Source: Laetmonice hystrix | Taxonomy: Eukaryota | Assembly (NCBI GenBank): GCA_965235115.1 | Contig: OZ249447.1 | Coordinates: 5,146,001 to 5,210,000 of the forward strand | Reading direction: 5' to 3' | DNA length: 64,000 bases | In this document: piece by piece, positions 12,994 to 25,658 of the stretch | How the letters are laid out: each line of letters begins with the position of its first letter | Position numbering within the stretch: position 1 is the stretch's first letter | Notes under the pieces: model-generated | Told to the model about the DNA's origin: nothing | Seen by the model: the letters and a program-made list of their open reading frames with translations, nothing else | The model's database searches: none | Program-made: the position numbers and the translations under genes

Positions 12994-14322
12994 TGTCATG
13001 TCGAGTATACTGTCTGTGTTTTGTGGGAGGTTTCTAAGACCCGTCATGACCTGTAGTCTATCCTCACTGTCATGTCGAGTATACTGTCTGTGTCTGTGGG
13101 AGGTTTCTGAGACCCGTCATCACCTGTAGTCTATCCTCACTGTCATGTCGAGTATACTGTCTGTGTCTGTGGGAGGTTTCTGAGACCCGTCATCACCTGG
13201 AGTCTATCCTCACTGTCATGTCGAGTATTCTGTCTGTGTCTGTGGGAGGTTTCTGAGACTCGTCATCACCTGTAGTCTATCCTCACTGTCATGTCGAGTA
13301 TACTGTCTGTGTTTTGTGGGAGGTTTCTGAGACCCGTCATCACCTGGAGTCTATCCTCACTGTCATGTCGAGTATACTGTCTGTGTTTTGTGGGAGGTTT
13401 CTGAGACTCGTCATCCCCTGTAGTCTATCCTCACTGTCATGTCGAGTATACTGTCTGTGTTTTGTGGGAGGTTTCTGAGACCCGTCATCACCTGTAGTCT
13501 ATCCTCACTGTCATGTCGAGTATACTGTCTGTGTTTTGTGGGAGGTTTCTGAGACCCGTCATCACCTGTAGTCTATCCTCACTGTCATGTCGAGTATACT
13601 GTCTGTGTTTTGTGGGAGGTTTCTGAGACCCGTCATCACCTGGAGTCTATCCTCACTGTCATGTCGAGTATACTGTCTGTGTTTTGTGGGAGGTTTCTGA
13701 GACCCGTCATCACCTGTAGTCTATCCTCACTGTCATGTCGAGTATACTGTCTGTGTTTTGTGGGAGGTTTCTGAGACCCGTCATCACCTGTAGTCTATCC
13801 TCACTGTCATGTCGAGTATACTGTCTGTGTCTGTGGGAGGTTTCTGAGACTCGTCATCACCTGTAGTCTATCCTCACTGTCATGTCGAGTATACTGTCTG
13901 TGTTTTGTGGGAGGTTTCTGAGACCCGTCATCACCTGTAGTCTATCCTCACTGTCATGTCGAGTATACTGTCTGTGTTTTGTGGGAGGTTTCTGAGACCT
14001 GTCATCACCTGGAGTCTATCCTCACTGTCATGTCGAGTATACTGTCTGTGTCTGTGGGAGGTTTCTGAGACTCGTCATCACCTGTAGTCTATCCTCACTG
14101 TCATGTCGAGTATACTGTCTGTGTCTGTGGGAGGTTTCTGAGACCCGTCATCACCTGTAGTCTATCCTCACTGTCATGTCGAGTATACTGTCTGTGTTTT
14201 GTGGGAGGTTTCTGAGACCCGTCATCACCTGTAGTCTATCCTCACTGTCATGTCGAGTATACTGTCTGTGTTTTGTGGGAGGTTTCTGAGACTCGTCATC
14301 ACCTGTAGTCTATCCTCACTGT
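12994..14322. repeat. Minisatellite, 73-bp unit, ~18 copies
   Basis: Unit tgtcatgtcgagtatactgtctgtg(t/c)t(t)gtgggaggtttctgagacccgtcatcacctgtagtctatcctcac. Confidence 0.97.
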
Positions 14323-14355
14323 GAGTGGCGAGGCGGAGACTGGCAGAATTCATAC

Positions 14356-14391
14356 CTTTCCTTGATTGGAGATCCTCAAACACTTCATCAC
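14356..14391 (-). CDS. 36-nt internal exon (phase 1-1), G-DEVFEDLQSRK-G
   Basis: Acceptor tataattgacag|, strong donor AAG|GTATGA; phase matches the end of the 18684 exon. Confidence 0.6.
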
Positions 14392-17300
14392 CTGTCAATT
14401 ATACTAAGGCAACACGCACCTTGAATGCGCCAGGCCTTGGGTTTTCTTTTAACGTTACAAAAACCAACTACCTCTCTGATACGTAAACTCGAAAGATTTA
14501 ATGAATGCATAAATTAATGTCCTTTGCATTCCATCATAGCTTCAGGACGTCGGTTCTGAGATGTCGGTAACTGACAGCAGTATAACATCGGGTTAACCGT
14601 TAAATTTACTTTCTCAGACTTAAGTTTAGCTATGCCCAGATACTAGAGATAACGGTGTATGTCCTCTTGACCTGTATGCCCTCGGCCGCCAAGGAGACTG
14701 CTTGCTCTATCTCCTTCTAGTAGCCTACATCAGACTCACAAGGCTGTGGCTTTGTGAGTTTATTGTGAGTCACTCAGCTCAATTTAATCTTTAAAAACAT
14801 GTTATGTATCCTATATATAAGCAGCGTTCAGCGAATAATTAAGAGTCGTTTGGATTGAATATATAACTACTTCCCGCATGTATATGAAAGAGTAATATAA
14901 AAAAAAGGCTGCTCCAACGATTGGAATGATGAAGTACCTGGATTAAAAACAGCCTTGCCTAATAAGAACTCCATGTACGACCTGACCGGGTTCCTCCAGC
15001 ATGGAGACTAGATCGGAAACTGCCTTGACATTAAGAGTGTACATCGAGTACGAGCACTACTCCTCCTAACCCGTCACTGGTTTTCATCCCAATGTAATTA
15101 TTAACAAAGGAAATGACTAATGAGTGCGGTAATGCAATGAGTAGGAAACTGATTGAGTAGGTTTGTTGGCGAGTCTCTGGTGGCTTCCAGTGCATCCTGC
15201 TGGTCAAACATGTTTTGGTCGTCCCATGTTGGCAGTTAAAACTGCTGGAGTTGAATCAACTATAGGTTATCCACATAATGACAGACTCCCATATAAAACC
15301 CTTTGATTGAATGTGATAAATTAACATTAACATTGTCAATTGCTATTCAATAATGCCGTGCACTGCAATTCTGTTAGAACATTATTTCCCCTCTTACTTG
15401 GGGGGGGGGGGCTGTTTCTCATTTGCTTTACATAAGAGAGCTTTTAAGATATCCCGGCGCTTTATGCCCTAGACTGTAGTCAGGCTTTCAAAATTAGTGC
15501 ATCCTTTGATGTAGATAGAATATAATCCTGTAAGACTAGGCTCCAGTCTGTGCTAGCCTGGCTGGCACACCTCTTGCAGAGTCTGAAGGTGCCTGTCTGT
15601 AGCTCCTAGATAGCGAGTCCTGCCCACTTTACACGATGGGTCGCCGGATGACATTTGGTACTTCCTGACTTGCCGGATTATCCCGACACTGGCACCATCC
15701 ATCGCCGACACTCCATGCTTGACCTTCACAGTCCACCCAAAGGTCATGAATCACGGCTGGCTCTACTCCCACATCCACAGCCAACTGCTGTGGCAGACCA
15801 GCAATCTCCAGCGTCCTGCACTACTCTGCCCTTTCTTCACCGTCCCCATGTATCTCTGATTCACAGTCCCTACCTTCGACACCGACCTATTCATCAATCT
15901 GGTCAATTAACCCACTCGAGCGCCTCCTCCTCCCAACCAGAAACCCCAGCCGTAAACAAGCTATAGAGGAAGCCAGCAGTCACTCCAACCTCTACACTAC
16001 TACCTCATATCTGATCCCTGACACTGGTCACATATTAAGCAATCACCAATCGATTGCTCTTCCATTGTCTCCGCTGTTCCGATGGGAGCTCTGAACCGTC
16101 AATGTTTAGGAAGATATCTACAAGAGTAACCACTCCCAGACGACTGACACCTAGCCATGAAAAACTGCCCATGTTATAAATCATCGAGTCAAAAACGGCA
16201 AATTATAGCAAATCTGGATCAGCTTTATGAGGACAGAGCGTTGTATGTTGTCCTGAATCTCAATGACACCATGACCTCTGTGAGAGACGTATAGTATGAC
16301 AGTTCTGTCCTGACAGTTCTGTCCTGCCTGCAGAGTCCAATTAGTCTAATGTTAACCAATGAATAATCGGAGCTGACCGACATATATACGGGTATGTATA
16401 TGGTTTCTGTCCACCAATGGCGTGACTCGACACCAATTCACATTTCCTGACAATACGCGAGTATCGGAATTGTGCCTTTTGTGTGTTATATCCGCTGCTT
16501 GCAGTCATTAGTAGGATGTGGCCTGTAACAGTTGGTCCACAGCCACCGGCACATCCGATATACGGACCATCTCAAAGACACGCCAGTGGCTCCTCACTTG
16601 GCACGGTCACACAGAGACAGAAACCTGTCATACTGTGGGGCTTTATTACCATATACTCCGTCCTTGTACCGGTTTCCGAGCCTGTGAGCACAGCTACAGA
16701 TCTGGTTTTTATACATTTCTATACGTGTATACAGAGCTACAGCTTCATTTGTATGCAGTTCACATTTTGGGACACGATACGTTCACTTCGCCTGCTTCCT
16801 TGCTATCTGTACAAAGTCAGGAATGACAGGGACGTTTGACATGAGCGACAAACAAACATATTGGATTTTTTGGGGGGGTGATATTTTAGAAGTGGCCTGT
16901 TCGGTAGGAGAGAAACGGAATATAGAAACATTTCCAACTGTAATTTTCTACTATCAGTCTATCATTTTACCCACAGACCGTACATGTAGCGCCAACACGA
17001 ACAACGATACGATATACGTCTCCATGGAGATATTTTTTGTGAGAGTCACCAAACATGTTGTGTTCTATACAGCCGGACTACTAGGCATAAAACATTTTCT
17101 ACCCGCAAGGATTAATGTGATTCATACGTAGAACGTCAATCATCCTTTTTTATCTATACACCAAACAACGGTTCTGACATTTAGGAACCAATATAAATAG
17201 TCTTATTAGGGCATCCTGACAAGTACAGCGACTATTAGAGAGAAAAAACCCAAATCATTCATATTATATTCAGGTTATTCATACTAAATTATTTAATTAC

Positions 17301-17693
17301 CAATGGAAAGGAGTAAAAGGTATAACTTTTTTCAAATTTAATACATTCCCTAATATTGATTTTAAATGGGAAATATCAACTGTTGGACTGTCGTCATGAA
17401 CTGTATACAAAATGATTCCTATGAATCCATATAATAATTTTGGGTCAACCTTTCACGAGTCGAGTCGGTGTTACGACTAAAATCTAAAACCCTTCCTCAA
17501 CTGATATAATACCCCCATCCCCACATCTATCATATTCTAAGCTTCTAAAATGGGACATCGCCTTGGTTCCCTTATGGTCAATTTGAAGGGGCCTGTACAT
17601 GGCTTAACTGTGGAAGCCCACAGCTATCCACGCCCACACAGTGCACATGGCCTGTCAGTGGTAGGTACGCCTAAATCAATATCTGGCCATCAG

Positions 17694-18128
17694 TGACACA
17701 ACAGTTTCTGATGGACTGCCTGGCGTTACTTTATCATTGACACAACAGTTTCTGATGTAGTGCCTGGTGTTACTTTATCATTGACACAACAGTTTCTGAT
17801 GGACTGCCTGGTGTTACTGTATCATTGACACAACAGTTTCTGATGGACTGCCTGGTGTTACTTTATCATTGACACAACAGTTTCTGATGTAGTGCCTGGC
17901 GTTACTTTATCATTGACACAACAGTTTCTGATGGACTGCCTGGTGTTACTTTATCACTGACACAACAGTTTCTGATGGACTGCCTGGTGTTACTTTATCA
18001 TTGACACAACAGTTTCTGATGTAGTGCCTGGCGTTACTTTATCATTGACACAACAGTTTCTGATGGACTGCCTGGTGTTACTTTATCATTGACACAACAG
18101 TTTCTGATGGACTACCTGGTGTTACTTT
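17694..18128. repeat. Minisatellite, 44-bp unit, ~10 copies
   Basis: Unit tgacacaacagtttctgatggactgcctggtgttactttatcat. Confidence 0.95.
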
Positions 18129-18683
18129 TGTCCGCAGCCATCTAGGAACTCTTACATGTCAATTTTATTTTATTTTTAGTCTTTTTTAAAGCATTACGTA
18201 CTCGTATATCATACAAAGATGCAATAATCACGGGAACTTATACTTTTGGATACCATGTCCCCACACAGGTATTCTTTGTAATACCCACTGCATTTATCAT
18301 TTCTTCTACAGATTTCTTCTCAAACTGCACTACTGAAGTGCTTATTTCTGTTAGCAAAACGTGCATTAAAAAATCACAATGCCGACTGAGCGACATCAAA
18401 TTTATGACACTACCCATAACTGTGCTGTCATTTATCCGCAGCAGAATACAGACATATAGTGTATTCATATGTTGTGCGTACGAGCAGATGTAGGTAGTTA
18501 AAGGCCACACCGAATTACTAGTTGTCACCCATCCTGGCCAACTTACCTGACAAACGTTAAAAACACCTGTCCCCGATCTGTCACCCCTTCGTGTCCAGGC
18601 GTGCCCGTTTCCATAGGAATTCGTGCCAAAGTGCCCCCCCCCCCCCTCCCTCCTCACGGGGCCCTGACGGGGGCCTGACTTAC

Positions 18684-18963
18684 CGGTCTCCGAGTAGGTA
18701 CTACCCTCCTCCGAGTACTGGCTCCCGGAGCGGGCCCGGCGCCCACTGCCGCTTCCCCCGCCTCCGCCCTCCTCGCTGCCGCTGGCCGAATACCCCGAGC
18801 CTGACCTCTTTCGGCGGAGCTGCTGGATCCTCCTCTCCCGCGGTTTCTCGTCCTTGGTGAATGCCTTCTCGCGGTATTCGATCTCCGTCTTCTGGACGGC
18901 GTCATCCATGGTGACATGCTTGACCGACTTGACACCCTTGTCGTCATCAATATACTGGATGTC
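18684..18963 (-). CDS. 280-nt coding exon (phase 0-1): DIQYIDDDKGVKSVKHVTMDDAVQKTEIEYREKAFTKDEKPRERRIQQLRRKRSGSGYSASGSEEGGGGGSGSGRRARSGSQYSEEGSTYSET-G; charged then Ser/Gly-rich, protein unidentified
   Basis: GC-rich, codon-like composition; acceptor cctacag|GAC; consensus donor ACCG|GTAAGT; lies inside ORF 18238..19113. Confidence 0.8.
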
Positions 18964-19527
18964 CTGTAGGCTAGGAGTGGCGTTATTACTCGTGTGTACA
19001 GCCATGACGATTGGTGTGTGTGTGTGTCTGCTGCAAACCTTTGCGGACTGCGCACGACCTTCAGCCGGCCCTGGAGGTCTCAGCTCCGTGTGGCGTCTGC
19101 CTGGCACAGCCAATCGCTCGCACTTGTTTCAGTCGAGCTGCTGGACACGCACCAAGATATCTGTCAACACTTGACGGAGTTGTCACTTCTTTTAGAGATG
19201 TCTGAGGTGGGAGAAGGTGGGATACCGAACTGGTGGGAGCGTTATAGAGGACAGAGCTCTCATTCCCTGCTGTGCTACGTACGTCTCTATGTCCTCAGTG
19301 GTGAACTATCTGTACACCGTCAGATCGGTTCACCACTAGAGGCCTGCAAGTCTTGCGCCTCACCCAGCGGGGGATGCTACTCCCGCCACCGCTACCGCTG
19401 CCGCCCGTTCCTCACGCTAAGGTGCCCCGTGAAGGTTCCGTGGGAGAAAATCAGGTCGGTTAAGGTGAGCTAATACACCTGCTCTACTGACCTCCGGGTG
19501 GACAACATGAACCCCCTACCTGACTGA

Positions 19528-19928
19528 CCGTATCTCTCCCCTCCACACACCTGTCGGCCGCCGTGAACTGGAGGACGACTCAGCCTACACTTACTGCCTG
19601 TCAATCCTTCAGTGTGTGTAACCTCCCTGACACTGTCAACACACACTGATACACACAGTTACCGTATCTCTCCCCTCCCGCGGCCCACGTCACACACCTG
19701 TCGGCCGCCGTGAACTGGAGGACACCTCAGCCTACACTTACTGCCTACTGTGTGTAACCTTCCTGACACTGTCAACACACACTGATACACAGTTACCGTA
19801 TCTCTGCCCTACACACACCTCTCGGCCGCCGTGAACTGGAGGACACCTCAGCCTACACTTACTGGCTGTCAATCCTTTCAGTGTGTGTAACCTCCCTGAC
19901 ACTGTCAACACACACTGATACACACAGT
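19528..19928. repeat. Tandem triplication, ~133-bp unit
   Basis: ccgtatctct...cggccgccgtgaactggagga...gacactgtcaacacacactgatac occurs three times. Confidence 0.9.
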
Positions 19929-21562
19929 TGGCCTGGCGGCAGGATCCCGGACGTTTTTAGCTCATATCGACGTGTGTTTCTCGACCATTGCCGTCGTGCA
20001 GTCTGTCTGTCTGCCAATCTCTCATCACAATTTGATATTGTCTCCTCAGCTTCACCGTCAGAGGCAAACTAATCGCCAGACGTCATCGAAACCTGGCCCG
20101 ATTACCATCAAAGGGTGGTCAGGACATCGACAGTTCGCTTGTAAATGACAGCGCTGACAACGGTGGCAGATACCTGCCAGTGGTTAACGTATTGCCTGAC
20201 ACACAAAATGATTCCCAATATCTCCACCCTTGCCCATTGAGTTGAATAGTTGTCCTTCCCACTGACCTTCAGGTCTAACCTCACAAACACGTGGCCTATA
20301 TCGTACTATAGAAGTACGGCTGACTGCGAGCAGTAGACCTTTAAAGTATCATAGGTTAACTGTAACACTGCTCCAGCCATGACAATTCAAAATTATCACC
20401 CTCTAAGTAGGCCCCTATGCTATAAGAAGGAACTCCGATTTCATAATCGAATATTAAATTTATGTAAAGTTACCTATAACAAGGCGATAACCATGAGAGC
20501 ATGTACCGTACGTGATTACATAAACACTTTGACAAACAGTCAATAAAACCATGATCTATTTACAAGGAATTGTCACAATCTTATAGAATACATCCGTATT
20601 TCAGTAGTTGCCCTGGCTTTGACTGATCCGACTGACTGAGTAGATATTTACCGGTATACAGCTAGTGACTCATTGTTAGAATCTACCTGGGGACACGCAG
20701 ACATCAGTCAGGGCACTGCATGGCCTATTTGGTTGGTAAAAAAGACCTCATATGTGGTCTCCTCAGCCTAGATTTCAATACGACACCCTCAGTCTGCGCA
20801 TTCAACCAAACTTTCAGGGCAACAACAGAAATAGGCAGAACGGCGTTTTTTCATACAGGAACTAATGTAAGTTTAAGAGTACGATGACAAATTTGGCCCA
20901 AGGCCCAGTTCCTAAAAACTTATGGAGGTCGGCCGAACTGTAACCTGGACTCCGTAATATCAAAGTTTCCGATTCCCTTCATAAGTACACAAATTAAGAG
21001 GTTTCAACTTGCCGAGGAACACTGCTGTGTGGTTGCTCTAGTTGATGACAATAGATGGAGTGCCGTTTTATTTAAGGCCTGCACTGCGACGATGTGTAGT
21101 TACATTATTTATGATGTCACCGCAGCGACATGCGGAAACAAAGTCACTTACTAAAAACGTGGGCGGCAGAACCACATACATCCTCCCCACCACCGCCACC
21201 TGTCCTAGGGCTGTCTCAAGACTGCAGTCTAACGACCGCAAAACTGACGTGCGATCAAGAATATGGCTCAAGGTGTTTCCAAGCCGGTATCCACCAAACC
21301 CTCACTAGTTTTAACTCCCCCCCCCCCCAAAAAAAAACAAAACAATCAAATATCAAAACCCCATGTCCTTCCACATAAAGATACTCAATAAACCAACATG
21401 CCATTATAACTGTGTTACAATAATATCACATGGGATAAATGATGAATGGGTAACGTTTGGAACCACAATACTGCTCTATGTAGTCAAATACTAGTGCCTC
21501 AGCGTGGGAAAGGCAGTAAAATCAAGTACAGCTTACCGGGTTCAGGCCGGTACATCCGTTAT

Positions 21563-22466
21563 AGAGTAAATATCATGATACCTGTGAGTAACCTAGATGT
21601 ACTGAATGCTGTCTGTCGAGGTTTACTAGAGTAAATATCATGATACCTGTGAGTAACCTAGATGTACTGAATGCTGTCTGTCGAGGTTTACTAGAGTAAA
21701 TATCATGATACCTGTGAGTAACCTAGATGTACTGAATGCTGTCTGTCGAGGTTTACTAGAGTAAATATCATGATACCTGTGAGTAACCTAGATGTACTGA
21801 ATGCTGTCTGTCGAGGTTTACTAGAGTAAATATCATGATACCTGTGAGTAACCTAGATGTACTGAATGCTGTCTGTCGAGGTTTACTAGAGTAAATATCA
21901 TGATACCTGTGAGTAACCTAGATGTACTGAATGCTGTCTGTCGAGGTTTACTAGAGTAAATATCATGATACCTGTGAGTAACCTAGATGTACTGAATGCT
22001 GTCTGTCGAGGTTTACTAGAGTAAATATCATGATACCTGTGAGTAACCTAGATGTACTGAATGCTGTCTGTCGAGGTTTACTAGAGTAAATATCATGATA
22101 CCTGTGAGTAACCTAGATGTACTGAATGCTGTCTGTCGAGGTTTACTAGAGTAAATATCATGATACCTGTGAGTAACCTAGATGTACTGAATGCTGTCTG
22201 TCGAGGTTTACTAGAGTAAATATCATGATACCTGTGAGTAACCTAGATGTACTGAATGCTGTCTGTCGAGGTTTACTAGAGTAAATATCATGATACCTGT
22301 GAGTAACCTGGATGTACTGAATGCTGTCTGTCGAGGTTTACTAGAGTAAATATCATGATACCTGTGAGTAACCTAGATGTACTGAATGCTGTCTGTCGAG
22401 GTTTACTAGAGTAAATATCATGATACCTGTGAGTAACCTGGATGTACTGAATGCTGTCTGTCGAGG
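21563..22466. repeat. Minisatellite, 65-bp unit, ~14 nearly identical copies
   Basis: gtaaatatca recurs at 21631, 21696 and onward. Confidence 0.97.
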
Positions 22467-24036
22467 CCTTTACCATCAAGGCTAGCCCACAGACAGAGCC
22501 GCTGATTAAAATATTCTGAACGCACCTTCAAAGATACTCAAAAAGGGTCGGCTCTGGCAGTAATTGACAATGTTGGTTGTCCTTAGTTAAAGAATGCACT
22601 TCATTACTTGGAATTAGACTTTAATCAGGCGACTGGGAAATGGCAAACGACAGGCACTCTGGTGCAAGAACGGTCTTCGCCGTTTTTCTTAACGAAAGGC
22701 TCCTTGCTATAATCAAAGCAACATTTAGTCGGGTCCCTTCAAAGTTTTAAACATAATCAATTTATCCATTTTAGCTCCTTCCCACCAGTGTAATCTAACT
22801 ATGTCTTTGTATTATCTAGTTTATTATGTTTCATCATGTCATTCAGAATTGGGTATGGTGCTTACCATGGAAGAAAGTCATCACTACAATATCTAATCTG
22901 GTGTTATCAAGGTATAAACTGGGTCATCACGACCTTGGACAATGTCGAGCCAAGTACATAGAGCAGGCCAAGATAATCATCCTCTGCTGCTCATCCAATT
23001 ACAAACACCAGGGAGGAACCATTTCCCCTCATATTCTGCACCCCCATGCAGGGTAAAACCCTCAACCCCTTCCATCGCCGCCCATTACCTTTGATGTGGC
23101 CCGGGAACCAGAGGCGAGGGAGCGCTGGGGTTAACTAGACTGTATTATAACAGGCCATGCCCCATGTGGGGCCCAACACTGGGCCCCACCTCTACCAGTC
23201 GTCCCTATCTCGGAGGTTTCATCATATCACCCTTTAATGAACCGTTTTAACTTAGTCAAAATACTCCGAGTCGGAGAGCGCCAACATATATACATCCAAG
23301 CAACAGTCGGGTCACACGGAAGGACGCGTGTTATCAGTATCCCATCCCGACAGGGCCGAATATACCAATACGACGCTTTGTCTGTGTCCTTTGACTGTCT
23401 CTCTCCTCATACTCTCCGCCATTGATCTCCGCCACGCCCAACCAGCACCGTATGGCCACTAGGTATGAAATATACATATGTACATCCGACTGCTTCCTAA
23501 TACAGCCAATGGCACAGGGAGCTTAGCTATGGCTCAGCTTCTCATAGTCGGCGCTGGTCACCGCCTAGAGGGGGTTTCCCCTGGATATTCTACCCCCACG
23601 AAATAGGGAACAGAGGTTAGGGGCAAGGGCAGGGCTAAGGGCCGGGGAGAAGGATAGGGATGGGGGGGGGGGGGGGGGTACGGGTTAGGTGTACTAAGGG
23701 TCTTGTTCAGAGTTTGTATTATTGACTGATTATTTTGTTCTCCCTACTGCCCTATGATCCGAACAGTGCGCCACCTCGTGGATAGAATGGAACTACTTTG
23801 GCCCAAACCACCGCACGTGGCGACGAGTTAGTACCACTACCAGTACAGTAACTGATGAACTCGCGAGTCAATACTGAACCGATATATCATGAAATAAATT
23901 AAAACATCTCTTAGATTGCAGGCTCAGAATGGCATGAACACTCTGTGCTCTCTCTTGACGTTTGAGACAGGCGCCTTGGTGACGAAGTGTAAGATTGAAT
24001 GACCTCACTCACTGATACGTACGACACGAGGACACG

Positions 24037-24466
24037 ACTGTGTGCGCCATCCTGAGACATGCCATCAAAAACACAGCTAACAGTGCCACCTAGCGGGCTC
24101 CATGGTACTATCTCTCACCACACTGTGTGCGCCATCCTGAGACATGTCATCAAAAACACAGCTAACAGTGCCACCTAGCGGGCTCCATGGTACTATCTCT
24201 TACCACACTGTGTGCGCCATCCTGAGACATGCCATCAATAATACAGCTAATGGTGCCACCTAGCGGGCTCCATGGTACTATCTCTTACCACACTGTGTGC
24301 GCCATCCTGAGACATGCCATCAATAATACAGCTAATGGTGCCACCTAGCGGGCTCCATGGTACTATCTCTTACCACACTGTGTGCGCCATCCTGAGACAT
24401 GCCATCAATAATACAGCTAATGGTGCCACCTAGCGGGCTCCATGGTACTATCTCTCACCACACTGT
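24037..24466. repeat. Minisatellite, 85-bp unit, 5 copies, each carrying a CTCF-like motif
   Basis: actgtgtgcg at 24037, 24122, 24207, 24292, 24377; each unit contains gtgccacctagcgg. Confidence 0.95.
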
Positions 24467-25329
24467 ATTGTTGAATATTGTGGAAAGCATTTATTTTTCG
24501 GCGAGCATCGCACGCGTCAACATGAGCGTACAAATCCTAAAAAGATTCTCGTCAAAAGAATTTGTTCTAACTAAATAATTACATCAGCAAACAAACATAA
24601 CAAACAAAAACAACAACAAACACGTGAGCCCTGACATGATATTGTCGGTGTGCCTTAGCTTTAACTTCAACACCTTTGTAAAGTCATAATGGCATGTCTG
24701 AGACAGTCGACCAAACCAAAGACAGGGGCTGACACTGCTCGCCACCTAGTGTCAAACGGCGCAGTTGTTCATGAGTTCTGGTACTAGTGTGTCTACTACC
24801 CACCAGGGGTCAGTGCCGAGCTGGTCACGAGAAGTCGGTATGACCAATGTGACTGGTTTATCTTACAGGTAGGAGGATCCTCAAAGGTTTTATATTCAAC
24901 CTTTACCATCCTATACAGATTAAGATGGAATAACAAAATGAAGAGCTGCCTGGCTTTGCTGAATCAGGTGTGTACCGCTGGCTGGCTGCGCATAAAAGAA
25001 TTCAGACACGATTTTTCATCCGACTGGGGGGAAAAACCGGTGAACCGGTAAATCAGGCCCTTCATACTTTTTGATCTATCTGAGCAGTACTGTCTGATAT
25101 ACAGTTCCGACGTCTGTGCTACCATGTGCTCCCACCTTCACGGCCACACCCTCTGGTGGAGGCTTCTCAACCACCATGCAATCACCCAGCACCTCCTTCC
25201 TCGTTCAATGGAAGTCCATAGGGGTCGGGCGGGGTGGGGGCTGGGGGCAAACGAGTCATGTACTCATTCCACAGACGGACACAGAACGGGACTGAACGGT
25301 TGTAACGAAAATAAACGGCCGTGAATGCT

Positions 25330-25420
25330 TGTGTTTGTGAGACCCGCCTTGAAGCGCCACCTGCCGCCATTTCCACGAACTGCGTACGTCACGCCGTCTT
25401 TTCCACTTTGAACATGACAA
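25330..25420 (-). promoter_or_regulatory. Candidate housekeeping-type promoter/5' end (YY1 + CRE-like)
   Basis: The minus strand reads gcgTGACGTAcgcagttcgtggAAATGGCGGC, a CRE/ATF-like site followed by the YY1 core AAATGGCG; CpG-rich. Confidence 0.35.
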
Positions 25421-25513
25421 TAGGTGCCATACTACACACTGTATACACATTGTATTGGACAAACTGTTACAGTTCTCACTGTGCTAGGGGCGCTAAGTGC
25501 ATTCACTCGCACT

Positions 25514-25658
25514 GACCGACCCAGGACTGACATTACCGACCCAGGACTGACATTACCGACCCAGGACTGACATTACCGACCCAGGACTGACATTACCGAC
25601 CCAGGACTGAGATTACTGACCCAGGACTGAGATTACCGACCCAGGACTGAGATTACCA
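25514..25658. repeat. Minisatellite, 20-bp unit, ~7 copies
   Basis: accgacccaggactga(c/g)att repeated. Confidence 0.95.

Noticed and set aside
14870-16250. Decayed LINE or tyrosine-recombinase retroelement
   Set aside because: Composition suggests old coding DNA, but I found no recognisable RT, endonuclease or YR motif; a profile-HMM search is needed.
19170-19480. Additional exons upstream of the 280-nt exon (e.g. FTTEDIETYVAQQGMRALSS...)
   Set aside because: Coding-like, but several incompatible frames and splice sites; cannot be resolved without transcripts.
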